DNA from: the human T2T-CHM13v2.0 reference genome, Homo sapiens
Assembly (NCBI RefSeq): GCF_009914755.1
Contig: NC_060927.1
Strand: one strand, 5' to 3'
DNA: 64,000 nt
The translations under genes were made by a program, and so were the position numbers. Shown piece after piece: positions 14,671 through 30,103 of this stretch. Under the pieces are notes generated by a model. That model was not told the origin of the DNA, searched no databases, and worked only from the letters and a program-made list of their open reading frames with translations. Positions within the stretch are counted from its first letter, which is position 1. Each line of letters begins with the position of its first letter.

Positions 14671-15844
14671 GGGTGGAAACCACTGCAGCAGTCACTGAAC
14701 ACTGCACATCTCCTCCGGCGCTGCCAACTCAGCCAGTTCTGAACTCTAGATATCCTCTACAACATTATTTAGAATTAATGTCTAATTAGCTATTGACATA
14801 ATCTGCAAATATTGTAAAAATTATGAAAGTAGCTTTTTAAAGAGATGTAAAATTAAAATAATTTATTATAATCACAAATAATAATAACCTGAAACTATTA
14901 GAAGAATGAACTTTTTTTATCCTACAAGGGGAGAATTAATAAATGATGGTATATACATTATTTTTAATCTTTTATTGTGAAAAATTTCAAGCATAAACAA
15001 AAAAAGAGAATATTGTTATTAACCCTCACGTATCTCCATCCAACACTGGTGATTATCAACTTTTTTTTTTTTTGGTCAATCTTCTGTCATCTCTTCCATA
15101 CACTTTTTTCTGGCTAACATATTTTAAAGCACATTCCAACCAATATAAGTGATATGATATTGATGCTAATAAATAAGTGGCATTCAAAATTATTTTTTAA
15201 AAATTTAAGGTCATAATTAAATTTCTGTTTGTTAAATGTCTACTATATGCCAGACATCTAGGCAAACGTACAATGATAAGAATTTAATGTAATTTTTCAA
15301 GCTAAATCAGTGAGTGTTTATGTGTTAAATAACAGTTTTAAAATATACCTAATCGAATTTGTGAGAAATTCTGTGAATAGACTGAAAAAAATCAGACATT
15401 AATCTATGTCTCTCAGTCTTCTACAGAACAAGCTAACAAATATAATATACATTATATAATTTAAAAGCTTAGCATGTATATATATTGAGCTTTTTACACA
15501 TAGACAATGCATATTCTTTTCAAAATTCATGATGCATTTTATAAAAGGGTTTCTTAATATATTCCAAATAGTACAACTAATAAAGGCACGTTCTTTGACA
15601 ACAATATAATAAAAGTAAATATTTGTATGGCAACAAAACACAAATAATAAAGTCCACTTATTAACGAGAAATAAAATGTACACTATTGAGTCACAGAAAT
15701 TCAAAGCATCAATAGCAGACTAATTAGAAAGCACCAGTGACCTATAAGTATGACAACACAACATTTAAATTTATGAGAAGTACTTACACCTTACTCCAAA
15801 TAAAATGCATACTTTTAAATACTTTTATTATTCAATAAGCATTA

Positions 15845-16169
<325 letters not shown>

Positions 16170-17011
16170 TTATCTATTCATTGCCTCTCAGCTCCAAATT
16201 TACCCTGCGTGATTGCTCTGTAAAATGAATCTTGGTCGGTCTTTGAAATGTTTTTTGCTTGCTGGCTGGCACTGAAGCTTTATCAGTAAAGAGTGTTGGA
16301 GAGACATTGTAATAGAAAAAGGATCTTGCTTCCTGGTTCTCGTGTGCTTATGAGGCAGGCTCCTAAGAGTGTGAGTGGGTGGCTTTTTCCAGCACCAGGC
16401 TCCTGAAGCACTCATAGCTTCTTGAGGGCTCAACTTTTGCAGTGCATGGCAGCCACATAACCTAGTGGTTAGCAGCCTGCCAGCTGCAGTGCTTGCAGCT
16501 TCTCCAAAGCCAAGCTCTTACACTGCAGTGGACAGCAGCACTCAGGGGCCAGAAATTCTCCCACTCCACCCCCCAACATCCCCTTTGCGTGCTTTTGTAG
16601 CAGAGTGAGACACCTTCCTGTGAACAATTTTTCCTAGCATACTAAAGGGCAGATTTCTGGCAAGTTTCAGAGAGCAGATTTCCAGCAAGTTCCACTGATG
16701 CAGCATCACAGAGACTTCTTTACCATCCAGTGAGCCAAGAGGGCATTCTCTCCAACAAGGTCAGATTCCAGTCCCAGGGATGGGGTGGGGCAGAGAGTGG
16801 GAGCTTCTTTCTTGGGTGCTCCATCTCAACCCGAGAGTAGTGGCTGTTCCTTCTATGTGCTATTCCTGTGTTTAATGTTCTCTTTACTTCTTACCAGCCA
16901 ATCCCTAATTACTTTAGTGCCTTAATGTGGTTAATAATTCTTTATACTAAACCTTCCCTGTTCAAATTATGTGGCTTATCTCCCTCTTCTAATTGGATCC
17001 AGACTGATACA
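16170..17011 (+). mobile_element. ERVL-class solo LTR
   Basis: Ends TTAATAATTCTTTATACTAAACCTTCCCTGTTCAAATT...GGATCCAGACTGATACA, a typical ERVL LTR 3' terminus; subfamily uncertain. Confidence 0.55.
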
Positions 17012-17200
17012 AACTATTCAATTCAAGAAATTAGAAAAAGAATAAAACAAAAGAAAGAAAAACAGAGGACATTACTAGTGATAAAAAAAACTTAGAAAAA
17101 AGAGTCAGTAGAATTGATAAATACATATAAGAAACCTTAAAAAATTGCCAAATTTAAATAAGCAAGCTTGTATGGCAATATTAATCAAATAAATAAAAGT

Positions 17201-17583
<383 letters not shown>

Positions 17584-18033
17584 TCAATACATCTAAGAAA
17601 ATATAAAAACAAAAACTGATTCAAGAAAAGCTAAAAAATCCGAATACAGAAATAACCCTGAGAGAAATAATAAAGAGCCATCCCACAAAAAAAAGCCTGG
17701 TTCAGGCAGTTTCACTGTGAAGTTTTCCAGTTTTCAAAAAGCAAGTGAGTCAGTCTTAGGCTCTTTAAACTGTTTCAGAGGGTAGGGAATGAAGAAAAGA
17801 GTATCCTCATTGTAACACTTCTGTAGGTCTCATAGTAAAGTACAGACAGTAATATCTGATGAGGCACTAAGATTAAGAGTAAACATGAATAAAGCAACTG
17901 GTTCAGTGATGTATACACTAAGAGAAAAGGAGGGAAAGAAACACTATTGTTGAGGTGCCTATTACTAGTGCCAAAATATCTACTGTAAGACATGCCCTCT
18001 GGGCAAAAGTGCTCCCAAAGAAAGTTTGGTTAC

Positions 18034-18139
18034 TTTTTTTTTTTTTGAGACGGAGCCTCGCTCTGTCACCAGGCCGGAGTGCGGTGGTGTGATCTTGGCT
18101 CACTGCAACCTCTGCCTCCTGGGTTCAAGTGATTCTCCT
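18034..18139 (-). mobile_element. 5'-truncated Alu (part of right arm)
   Basis: Poly-T plus partial right monomer; 16-bp TSD AGTTTGGTTACTTTTT. Confidence 0.9.
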
Positions 18140-18191
18140 AGTTTGGTTACTTTTTAAAAAATAATCACAGCGTGAAATAGGCCTCTCTACA

Positions 18192-18327
18192 ATATCTATA
18201 ATAGGGGACAGTAATAAGAGTTAAAGAAAAACTATGAGAAGATGATATGGCCAATCCACAAAGAAAGGGAGGGACGGGCTAAAACACTCACTCTGAGTTA
18301 AGCACTATTTCTGGTGTGGTTCAAGAA
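18192..18327 (+). repeat. 136-bp local direct duplication, copy A
   Basis: 122/136 identical to 19804-19939, ungapped (manual alignment). Confidence 0.9.
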
Positions 18328-18960
18328 AATACTTACTGAAATATTTGCTGTAAATCTGTACAGCAATGAGTGCATTAACATAGTCAAAAGACAACAAGCT
18401 AGAAAAACATTTGCAAGACATATAGCCAGCAAAAGCCTATTTTCCTAGATACTCAAGGTGTTCACATTGAATAAGGAAAGGATCAACCGCCCAACATAAA
18501 AATGCACAAAGGGTATGAACAAGGGGTATGAACAATTGATGCATGAAAAAATATATGTAAGTAGTATATACACACATACACACATCAAAGTTTTGGCTTG
18601 GAAAATTTCCTTTTGCTTATCAGAATTCTACTTATATCCTCAAGAAAGCGTTCTAGAGAGCTCCTTTAGCATCCCTAATTTGATGCTCAATGTTAATATC
18701 CCCTCTATTCATAGGGAAATACTAAAGGTTTCTTTAAACAAATAACATCTGCATGTGAAAAAGTTAATATTACCCAAAGTGAAACCAAAATTTTCTAAAA
18801 GTGAGATCTAAAAGTCATCTACTTCAACATCACCTGGCTGCTTTATAAAATGCAGATTCATGGGCTCTGCTGCAGCCCACAGAATAAAAATCATCTCAAG
18901 ACCACAAGACCAGTGTGGTCTAAGCAGGAGTCGACCTTGAGTGCTTTGAAAATGCTTCTC

Positions 18961-19289
<329 letters not shown>

Positions 19290-19803
19290 TCATTTGACTG
19301 TGAGAATTCAGCCCCTGTGAATAAATAATAAATGTCTGCCTTTGTTTTGTATAGATTTTATAAGGTGTTTTTCATAAGCATTTTAAAATTTCACGCCCAC
19401 ACCCAGTCTGGGTGGTTGTCTGGGCTAGGAGTATTACCTCCACTTTCAAGATAAAGAAATTACAGTCAGAGAGATTTAGGGACTTATTCAAAGATTCATC
19501 TAGAAAATGGTAGAGCTCAGATTTCATTATATTTTCATAACTACAAGTTCTGTCTTTATCCATATGTAGAGCTCATACAAACCCCCTAAAACTCACATTT
19601 CTTCACATTTGCAGAACCAACTCACAGTGGTTCTTCAGAACAAAGTGACAACAACAGGTAGAAACAGCAGTAGTAAAGGATTACAAGTACCTTGGGAACT
19701 CATGGCTCCATGAGGCAGAAGTTGATTTCACAGATGTGGAAACTGATGGCCAGATGGTTGAATGGTTACACAGCTGTCCCTTCAAGAAGGAAGGGTCAGG
19801 AAC

Positions 19804-19939
19804 ATATCTATGATAGGGGACAGTGATAGGAGTTAAAGAAAAACTATGAGAAGATGAGATGGCCAACCCACAAAGAAATGGAGGCATGGGCTAAAACACT
19901 CACCCTGAGTTGAGTGCAAGTTCTGGTGTGGTTCAAGAA
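19804..19939 (+). repeat. 136-bp local direct duplication, copy B
   Basis: 122/136 identical to 18192-18327. Confidence 0.9.
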
Positions 19940-20811
19940 TAACTGAGCCAAAGACACTCAGCAGGAGAAGCAGCAAGACCAACATCAGTGACAATGACCC
20001 CAGGCCAGAGACAAGAAGCCAAGCACGTCACCCAGAGTCTCTGCCTCCATGGATTCTGTAGTTGGAGGACTCACATGTTTCTGCAGCCCCTTTCTTCCCA
20101 GATGCTTTAGAATCCCCACTGCAGCAGAATTTACTCTTGATCCACAGCCAGGCCTAAGAATCCCAGCATAAAGACCTCAGGAGAGATTCTGGTAGCCCCA
20201 GCTATAGACTTGCTCTTTGCTCCTTATGCCAGGGACTGTATGCCAGTGTCTGAATGTTTCCCTGGCCCCACAGTCCACCTTGCATCTACAGACCCCTTTA
20301 GTGACCTCTATATGTACCTCTTCCCTTAGAACCCTATAAAACCTTGTCCCCAGATGGAGCTGGCTTTCCAGATAGAAACTATCTCAGCACTGGGATATTT
20401 CTGAATTGCTAAAAGAGTCTGTCCACTGAAATAACTTGCTGATCCCCTAGGGAAGCCATTACAGAACCTTATGACAACTATATGTTAATGAGTTTATCCA
20501 TGTTTTTGCCTGAAGATGCTATTTGTTCATTTAAATTGCTTTGTAGAATTCCACAGTGGAGCTATACTATACTTTTAAATCCCTTCTTCTGATGGTAGAT
20601 AATTGAGTAGTTGCCAATTTTGGCATGTAATAAATATTGCTTTTATGTTAATGAATTTTTATTTCATATACATAAAATTGTTGTATAGTCAGGTTTAGAA
20701 GATAATGCCAAAGAGTTATGTAAAGTAGATTACCAAGTTACTCTCCTACAGGCAGTATACAAGAGTTCCTGTTGCTCAGGGTCCTCACCAACAATTAGTA
20801 CTGTGAGACTT

Positions 20812-20825
20812 TATATATATATATA

Positions 20826-20856
<31 letters not shown>

Positions 20857-20994
20857 TTTTTTTTTTTTTGGTATTTTTAGTAGAGATGGGGTTTCACCAT
20901 ATTAGCGTAGATAGTCTCGATCTTTGCCTCGTGATCCGCTTGCCTCGGCCTCCCAAAGTGCTGGGAATACAGGCGTGAGCCACTGCACCCGGCC
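20812..20994 (-). mobile_element. Alu left monomer with (TA)n/(TG)n tail
   Basis: Left arm plus mid A-rich linker only, flanked by GAGACTTTA on both sides. Confidence 0.85.
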
Positions 20995-21168
20995 AGAGAC
21001 TTTACATTTTTGTTAACCCGCTGATTGTGTTTTTTTCTTTTTTTTTTTCATTTCTCTCATGACTAATGAGATGAAGCGCTTTTCATATGTTTTTGGACCA
21101 TTAGGATTTACTCTTACCTGAAGTGTGTACTCAAGTGTTTTGTCCGTTTTTCTAATTGATTGTAATGA

Positions 21169-21488
<320 letters not shown>

Positions 21489-23063
21489 CTGATAATTATT
21501 TTTAAAAAATATATTTATAATGAAATTTTACACCTCAGAAAATGATTTGTTCTTTCATTTTAAGAGACTAGGGTAATGATTATTTGGAGGAAAGGCATTA
21601 GAAAAGATTACATGTTCCATGGCATATTTTTCTGTAGTGCTTGGATTTTTATAATGATTATGTATTCCTTCATTCAACAAATATTTACTGAGCACCTAAT
21701 ATATGCCAAGAAAGGCTTTAGGTCCTAGAGATCCATTACTGAACAAAAGAGGCAGAGACTCCTGGCCTAATGGAATTTACACAGGAGGACTCCATATAGC
21801 TTTTATTTAGAAAAAATGCTATAAAAGACTTTGGTTTCTATCAAACTTTCATTTTGCACTTTTAAATATCTATATATAAAACCAACATGGCACAGAACTC
21901 AGAGTAAATACTTGAAAAGATAAGCAAAAGCTTTTTGTCCAGGGTTGCTATTGATTTTTCCCTTATTTCAGCAGCAAATTTTCCAGAAAGCACACTAAAA
22001 TGTCAGACCCCAGGCCTCTCAAACATATAAATAATACAAAACCATATAAAATATTTATTTTAAAACACCTTAGTGTAATGAGCCACCTTAAATCAATGAT
22101 GCAAGTAGTTTAAATGTGAGTCAGATTCTGGGCTGGCTTTGTCTATAGTAATTATATTTAAATTTCATTTTGAGTCAGTAATACATACACAAGGAAAAAT
22201 AAATAGATGAGCATGTACGATATATGGAATAAATATATCTTGCTTTCATCCAGGATCTACCTCCTCCAACCCACTCGCCATCTACTGCCGCAGCCACAGT
22301 TAGCAGCTTCTTGTGTGTTCTTCAGAAGGTGTTGAATTATGCACAAACACATAGGGATTATGTACGTGGTTCTATGTTTTAACTGTTCTGTACTGCTAGG
22401 TTAATTTTGTGAGTGGAGGCTACAGATTTGGGGGATAGGAGGCTCTGATAACAAAATGATAAGCTCAGAACTGAGCCAGGTGAAGCTGAAAGGGGGTCCC
22501 TGAAAAAGCCTCTGTACTCCCAGGCTGGCTCCCTTGCTGGTGCAAGCAGCCTGATAATTGCTGGGATGCCGCATGAAGGTGGCAATGCCCTCCAGTGGAT
22601 CCCAGGCTACACCCCTCCCACCTCAGCCCAGGCTTCACAGTGAACATTGATGTAGCTGGCTTCACTTCACCCCTTCTCCCCCAAATATAAAATGACTGCT
22701 GATGTCGTGCCACGTCCACTTCCTTCTCATTTCTGGGCACTTCCCTCTCCTCACCACCCACCATTCTGCCTGGGGTATGTCACTGCCCTTCTGTGCTCAA
22801 CCCCTTCGTTTGCCTGTCCTACATTCAGCATAGCTTTCCTGAGTGCAAACTTGAAGCAATTTCTTGTCTTCTGTTAGTTAGTTTCTGCCCTACCCACACC
22901 TTTGGTCTCCTATGCTTCAGGCTTCTTCACAGGCACAAGCCAGTGCTCTGAGAAAGGTGTCTAGGTCTACAACGTTATGAGCCTTGGGGGATCAAGTTAA
23001 TATTTACAGTGCATATTTTACAAATATCCCTCACCTCTGTACTAAAAAAGTCTCTCCAAAATT

Positions 23064-23197
23064 TGATTGCCAGTTTTAACAAATAAAAATACGGGATGCT
23101 TAGTTCAATTTCAATTTCAGATAAACAATGAGTGATTTTTTTTTAGCGTATATCCGATGTAATCATCTTTCATCTATATTTAATCTGCCAGTTCTAT
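23064..23197. mobile_element. MER53-like palindromic hAT MITE (internally deleted)
   Basis: TTGCCAGTTTTAACAAATAAAAATACGGGATGCTTAGTTCAATTTCAATTTCAGATAAACAATGA. Confidence 0.7.
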
Positions 23198-24325
23198 TTC
23201 CAAACCAGTTGAGCAGTTAAATTAAACAATCCTTCTAATCTGCATGTCTTTGGCCTGAAAAACAAAGTTCTAATCCTCCTTTCAATGACTGTGGCCCATA
23301 CACAGCAAAATGTCCCACCAATTTCAAAACTGGGCATTTTGAGTAGCCTTGGGTCAGTGCAGGAGGCATTTCAAAGCGGTTGCTAGGTGGCAGACCTCAT
23401 CTCTGGAAAGCATTTTTCACATTCTATTAGTACTGCTGGGTGAGACGAGCTTGGTAGTCAGCCCAAATGTGTATGATTTAGAGAGCTTCACTTTGTTACC
23501 ATTTTTTCTTCCAATTTAAAATCTATAGCAAAACCAGGTTCAAATAGCACATCTAAAAAGCTTTGTCTTTTGAGCCAAATGCCAGAATGTCTAGGTAAAC
23601 ACAGAACTAAGTAATCACAGGCTTCATTTATTTCAGCTATTATTCTCTGCTGGACTTTTGAGGTAGATAAGACTAGATTTCTTCCAAACAGATCTGGGCA
23701 GGAGAAAACTTGAAAGTACCGGCCAGTCTTAAGTATCCTCATGTGATTCCTGATATAAATTTACCTGGAAACTGGAGTGGACACAACAGATTTGTTTTTT
23801 AAATCTTGAGTTCTTTTGCAAACATTAAACTGGTTGTACAAAAGGAATAGTGTAACACACCTTTGTTCAAATTACTTAACAAACTTCATGAAACAAGAGC
23901 TGTGATTCTACATGCTGTCTTGTTAATCCACAGAAGGAGCAGGATCCCGGAAAGGACACAAAAGAGAGAAATAATCATCAAAAGAATAGTAATAGTGATA
24001 ATAGCACCTCAACCCAATTTCCCCAGAAAGTACCAGAACCCTGCTTAGAGCATGTTGATGCACGATGATTTCACCATTAAGACAGCATTAAGAGCAGACT
24101 CTAAATTAAACATAACGAAATTAAATAACACCTGCATCTTTGTTCAATAAAGTATTCTCTTTTACTATCTTACATCTTCCAGGCATTCAGGGATGGGAAC
24201 AAAGCAAAGAATTACAGAAATGAAGAGCTGGAAGGAATTTTACAGTTTTTCCATTGGTGCTCAGATTTTGCGAATAAATAATTTAAATGTCTGTTAATAG
24301 GAAACTTGCTAATGAATTATGTAAT

Positions 24326-24405
24326 ATTAGGTGAAACCATATGAAATTCCTGATATTTGATTGCTTTTGACTCATAAAAATGGCAATTTTATTTGATCTA
24401 CCTAA
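24326..24405. mobile_element. MADE2-like mariner MITE (~80 bp)
   Basis: ATTAGGTGAAACCATATGAAATT...AATTTTATTTGATCTACCTAAT terminal inverted repeats. Confidence 0.7.
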
Positions 24406-26119
24406 TGCTCTACAGCTATTAAAAATATATGGTAGTTCTATAAGTACCGGCATTAAATGAATTGTATTTAAGGTAATTTGTAAGGAACAGAGGAGTGTTA
24501 TAGGGTGCCAGTGTGTAGTATGTGTAGGGATATATATGTTTACTAATGTCTACCATACATCTGAAAATTTATAAAATACAACAAACTGTTAACAGTGGAC
24601 GCCTCTAGCGGGCCAACTTGGAAACTAGAGACAAGAGTGACAGAGATTTTTTTTACTTTTGTGCAGTCCCAATTTTTACTACATGCATGTATTAAATATT
24701 TTACAGCAAACACAAAACAAAAAACAAAGCAACAAGGAAATCACTGTTTAGAGAGGTAAAGCGTCCGTACAAGGCATACAGTGAGCTCATACTAGAACAC
24801 GTTGAACAAAGTGGCTGCTCAATTGCTTATCTCATTCCTACAATTCAAAGAACAAAAGCTAACAGCTCTTGGTGGCTGCCAGTTGTGGGAGCCACTCTTC
24901 ACTCTGACCTCATGGTTTACCTGGGATCTTAATTACTCTAGTTAAACGGGGACCTTCCCCTTCAAAACATGGTGTCACTGGAGGTTCAATGCATCACGTT
25001 TGAATCATTCTCACTGCTGTTGTGGGTGAACAGATTGGATGCTGCAGGCAAGGGCTGGGAGCAAGAAAGAAGCCCTTCTCCACTTGGTGAAGTCTTCTTG
25101 CCATTTCCCTTCCATCTGGCCATGCAGAGTCCTCGGAGTCACTTTCAACAAGTCCTAACCCTTTTCTCATTATGATCTTTATTCTTTAACATGGAGTTAA
25201 AAATAACAAAATTTTATTCTAATTATTTGCTGTTCAAGAGGGGGGAAATAAATTAGAATTCAGTTTTTTGTGCACTTATCTGGCCAGGTCTCCCCTACTC
25301 TTTGTCCCCATCTCCATTTCCACGTCCTACTTTCCTCCAACCATTAGACCGGCCACATCCAAATTATTCTAATCTATACCAGTGCTTCCCAAACTGTGCT
25401 AGCGAGGAGGAACAACTTCATGTTGCAGCTGAAGAAACTGTGGTCTTAGAGATTAAATGACTTGTCTTCATTCCCACAGTTCAAAAGTGGTAAACACAAA
25501 CTCAAACCCAGCTTCCTAATGTCTAGCCAAGTGTCCTCAGTCTTGAAACTAAAACTGTTTATTTCTCCCTTATCCTCCATCTACTGCCCTATTTTTCTCC
25601 TTCGTTTTACTGTCACAATTCCCACAGTTGCAGTTAAGTTCCTAGACTGTTTTCTACTTGCCTTCTCCATAAGCCCAGCCAGTTGGGTTCAGTGCCCACC
25701 AAGACTGAAGGTACCAGTTGCAAGGGCACTAAGTGAGCAGCATCTTTAGCATTCAATGCTATCTAAGGTTAGTCTTTCCCGATATACCATGGTAAGGATT
25801 ATGTGCCTATTTTCTTCACCACTGTACCTATTGGTAGCCTATGGCCAGGTACCAACCAGGAGCTGCTGATCTGACTTTCCTTTTGGAAACTTCCTTTCTC
25901 AGGTTTTTGTGGCTTTCTTCCCACTTGCATGACATCCCTTCCTCCACCTCTTTTTCTTTATAACTTTGGGCATTTTCACCAATTGATCAACCTGTCCATT
26001 ACTGAAGCAATACTGGAGATAAAGAACCAGCCTGACGTTGGGGTGTTTATATATTATTTGTGAAAAATATAAATGCATAATGGAATCACAAACCATGTAA
26101 CAATATAGTGTAATAATTA

Positions 26120-26295
26120 TGAGCCAGGATGCATGGCTTCTTAACCTCTCTGTGCTATACTTAATTTTCTTGTGTATAAATGGATTACAGTAGTAGTTCC
26201 TACCTCATAAGGTTGTTGTGAGGATTAAATTATATAATACAGTTGAAGCACTTCAAAGAGGGTCTGTATACTGTAAGTGCTCACAAAATGTTAAC
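26120..26295 (+). mobile_element. MIR
   Basis: CTTAACCTCTCTGTGC...CCTACCTCATAAGGTTGTTGTGAGGATTAAAT core. Confidence 0.75.
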
Positions 26296-26499
26296 ATGTA
26301 AGATAATATATAAATCATTAATAAGTGTCGTAGAAAGTCTCCTTTTCAGAACTCTTTTCCCAAAGAGATCTAGTCAATTTTCAAAACCTCCTTTTCAAGT
26401 ATCCTCTCCAGAATTTTCTTTGTCATTTTGACTTACCACTCCATTGTCTCAGGAATCATGGGGATTCCTGTTCAGAACATTGAAGATTTGAGAAAGGGA

Positions 26500-26745
26500 G
26501 AATAGGAGCCTCAAATAACAGCCAGCATCAACCAGCTGTGAGGCATGTGAGGGGGCTTTGTCCTCCCGACCCAGACAACCCCACAGCTGGCTGCCTGCTG
26601 CCACACTAGAAAACCTAGGTGAGACCTACTGAAGAACTGCCAGGCCAGCCCACAAAATGGTGAAAAAATAACAAATAATAGAAGTTGCTATTTTACGTCA
26701 CTAAGTGTTGGGGTGGTTTGTTTCACAGCAAAACATACCTAAATA
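26500..26745 (+). mobile_element. MLT1 LTR 3' part
   Basis: TTTTACGTCACTAAGTGTTGGGGTGGTTTGTTTCACAGCAA. Confidence 0.6.
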
Positions 26746-27208
26746 TCACCATTAATCCAGCTGTGCAGAGTAGACATGACAACATTTTGGTGAATACTCA
26801 AAATCTAGGCATTACATATATACACAAATACGTTTTATATATTTACAAACAGTTTTACATATAGCTATTTGCAGTTTGTAAAACTCAAAGTAGGATATTT
26901 TGCATAGTGTGTATTAAAACAGTTTTCTAAAAAAACTTTAATTACATATTTTGAATTTTTGTATAATTATAATTTTGCATAATTATTTTTGGTGGTTGCA
27001 TTGCACATCATGGTTTGTTAGCCAGTCCCTTGCTGACACTTAGCCTGTTGCTAACTTTTGGCCACCATAACAAAAGGTTTGGTTAAGTATCATCTAATTG
27101 CTCTCCAGAAAGAGGTACCAATTTACATTCTTACCATGAATGATTCAGAATTCTCTTTTGCCTGTGCTTTTACCAACAGTGGGTATTGCCTTTTTAAAAG
27201 ACAATCTT

Positions 27209-27505
27209 GGCTGGGCACCCTGGCTCATGCCTGTAATCCCAGCACTTCGGGAGGCTGAGGTGGGTGGATCATGAGGTCAGGAGTTCAAGACCAGCCTGGC
27301 CAAGATGGTGAAACCCCGTCTCTACTAAAAATATAAAAATTAGCCAAGTATGGTGGTGGGCGCCTGTAATCCCAGCTACTTGGGAGGCTGAGGCAGAGAA
27401 TTGCTTGTACCCAGGAGGTGGAGGTTGCAGTGAGCCAGGATCACGCCACTGCACTCCAGCCTGGGGAACAGAGTAAGCCTCCATCTAAAAAAAAAAAAAA
27501 AAAAA
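27209..27505 (+). mobile_element. Alu (AluSg/Sc-type)
   Basis: Alu dimer; TSD AAAAGACAATCTT. Confidence 0.95.
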
Positions 27506-27676
27506 GACAATCTTTGCTTATCTAATAAATGAAAAACTATCTCACTAATTCTTAAATTTTGTTTTTATTATTGAGATTGAGTATATTTTGATGTATAGTG
27601 GACATTCATGTCTTCTCCAACATGCTTATTCTTACTCTGTTCATTTTACAACTTTCGTTATCTTATTCTTATTGAT

Positions 27677-27805
27677 TGTATGATACAGCCACTTAACACT
27701 TTGTCATATATATTTATATATTTCAATATATAATATATATATTTAATATACAACATATAAATATTTAAATATATATGACAAAGTGTTAAATGGCTATATC
27801 ATACA
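27677..27805. repeat. 40-bp inverted repeat around an AT-rich spacer
   Basis: 27677-27716 versus reverse complement of 27766-27805: 38/40. Confidence 0.9.
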
Positions 27806-28034
27806 CAAACCTATTTATATTTATATTTTATATATATTTAAATATTTTTCTCTAATTTCCTTCTAAGAGAAGATTTCCCTCAAAATGTATGGGTTTATGT
27901 GGCTTTTCTTAATGCACAAAGGTTAAAATGTTTAAATTGTCAAATCTGTCAATGTTTTGTTTTTTATTTCTGACACTGGTGTCATCATATTCATTTTGTA
28001 GAAGATGGCAAAGTTTAAATCTCTTCAAGGAGTA

Positions 28035-28403
28035 TGTATTAGTCCATTTTCACACTGCTATAAAGATACTACCTGAGACTAGGTAATTTGTAAAGGAAAG
28101 AGGCTCAATTGACTCACAGTTCCATATGGCTGGGGAAGCATCGGGAAACTTACGCTCATGGCAGAAAGTGAAGAGGAGGCAAGAACCTTCTTCACATGGT
28201 GGCAAGAGAGAGAAGTGCAAGCAGGGGAAATGCTAGACGCTTATAAAACCATCAGATCTCATGAGAACTCACTCACTATCATGAGAACAGCATGGAGGAA
28301 ACTGCCCCCATGACCCAATCACCTCCCTCCATGAACACATGGGGATTACAATTTGAGATGAGATTTGGATGGGGACACAGAGCCAAACTGCCAAATCATA
28401 TCA
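28035..28403 (-). mobile_element. THE1-family MaLR solo LTR
   Basis: TGTATTAGTCCATTTTCACACTGCTATAAAG...CATATCA; 5-bp TSD GAGTA. Confidence 0.9.
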
Positions 28404-29277
28404 GAGTAGTTAGTTGTCATTCAGGTAAAATCTCAATCCCTCAGTCTCTGTTGCATACCACATTCTATTCTCACCATATTCAGCCAAATTAACATCCCAC
28501 AACTTCTAAAAGCAAACTGTGTTTTGGTGAGCTTAGTTTCTTGTATGTTTTGATGCATGGGCTCTGGAGTATTGTAAAGAAAAAGTTTAGGATTCTGACT
28601 CAACCAATTATCAACAGTATGAGAAGAGCTTTTTGGGCTTCAGCTTCATATTTAAGTGGGCTCAGAACTAATGTGAGATTAAGTTATGTGTAACAAACAA
28701 CAAAGCTTAAAATACAGTTGGCACTTAATGAATATCAGTTCTCCAGCCATCCCTCCATGTTTTTGCTTATCCTGGGAAATCTTTCTGTGACATCATTGTC
28801 CGCTTCTCCACCTTGCAATACTTTATCTACCCTTCTGGGCCAGTTTTATCCAGACTCCTTCACAAAGGTTTCCATAGAACAGAGAGCTTACTATGCATCT
28901 TACACAGTTTGGGTGTCTTTTATTTTAATGTTTCAGTCATGTTTCATGAGCCAAACTGTAAGGTTCAGGAATGTTTGTCTTAATGCTTGGCACTTGAATG
29001 CACCCAATAAATAGTTGTTGAATGTATAAATAAACAAAAGGTACATGGGATGGGAAATATTGGAAAATTGGACATATATTGTAATAAGACTAGCTAACAA
29101 TTTGCATTTAAAAATTAGCCAAATTATTGTGCTTGGGACACAAAATTTGTGACCAATGTGAATTTGTTTAGTAAATGTAGCCATATATATCTTGCGTTAT
29201 ACCATTGAATATTCTAATAGTTCAATATACCATTGGAATATACCAGCGGAAAATATCATTACAAATAGTTTGACATA

Positions 29278-30103
29278 CTGTATTTCTTCAATTTTAAGAA
29301 TAATTTGGTACCACATTTTAATTTCTTTGAAACTGGGATGTGTCTTACTATCAAATAAACATCCAGTGGCCAGGTGATAGTGATGATATAGTTGGCATTG
29401 CCTATTTTTGAACATGGGCATAAATGAATTGTTATCATTTCTACTAAATTCTATGAAATTTAGTCCTGTTGTGTCAAAGCCATATGCCAAGAAACATAGT
29501 TGAAGGCAGGAGAAATTACCAGATACGACAGATTAGGTGAAAGAAATTCTAAAGCAAAGAGAGGTTGATATAACCAATTCATGTATCATGCAGGACTATG
29601 GTTAAGGCATGAAACTACCATTTGTGAGAAACTTTCTCCTGGCCATTAATAGAGAAGCTGCATAGCTTGTAGTGACATACAATTCAGTTGAACAAGAAAA
29701 CTATGTGTTTAGTCAAATGGGATAGTGCCAGCATCACAACTGCAGAATGAGTGTCATTGTCTAGGAGGCAAATCCCAGAAACAAGATTGGAACATCCTTT
29801 TAAGAAATGGTGCACTATCAACAATATTGTGTGGAAAAACACACATGAATGCTTTTCATGAAAAGGTATTCAGAAGAATCAGGCTCAATGTTCGGGACTT
29901 TGGTAAATTCATTTTGCTTATATTTTCCTTTCCTACATACACACAGTACTAAGCAAATCTATGTATAAGTGTCTAAAAGCACTAAGTATAAAGTAAAAAT
30001 TCGATATGACATAACATATTGTCATAGTTTTATTAGCAGCTTTTTTCCTTTCTTTTGAGTGGAACATATAATTGAAGATAGGTTAGATTTGAATAGATAA
30101 CAA
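29278..30103 (+). mobile_element. Tigger/pogo-type DNA transposon relic (Tigger6-like)
   Basis: Degenerate TIR CTGTATTTCTTCAATTTTAAG; internal sequence resembles a decayed CENP-B/pogo HTH coding region. Confidence 0.45.
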
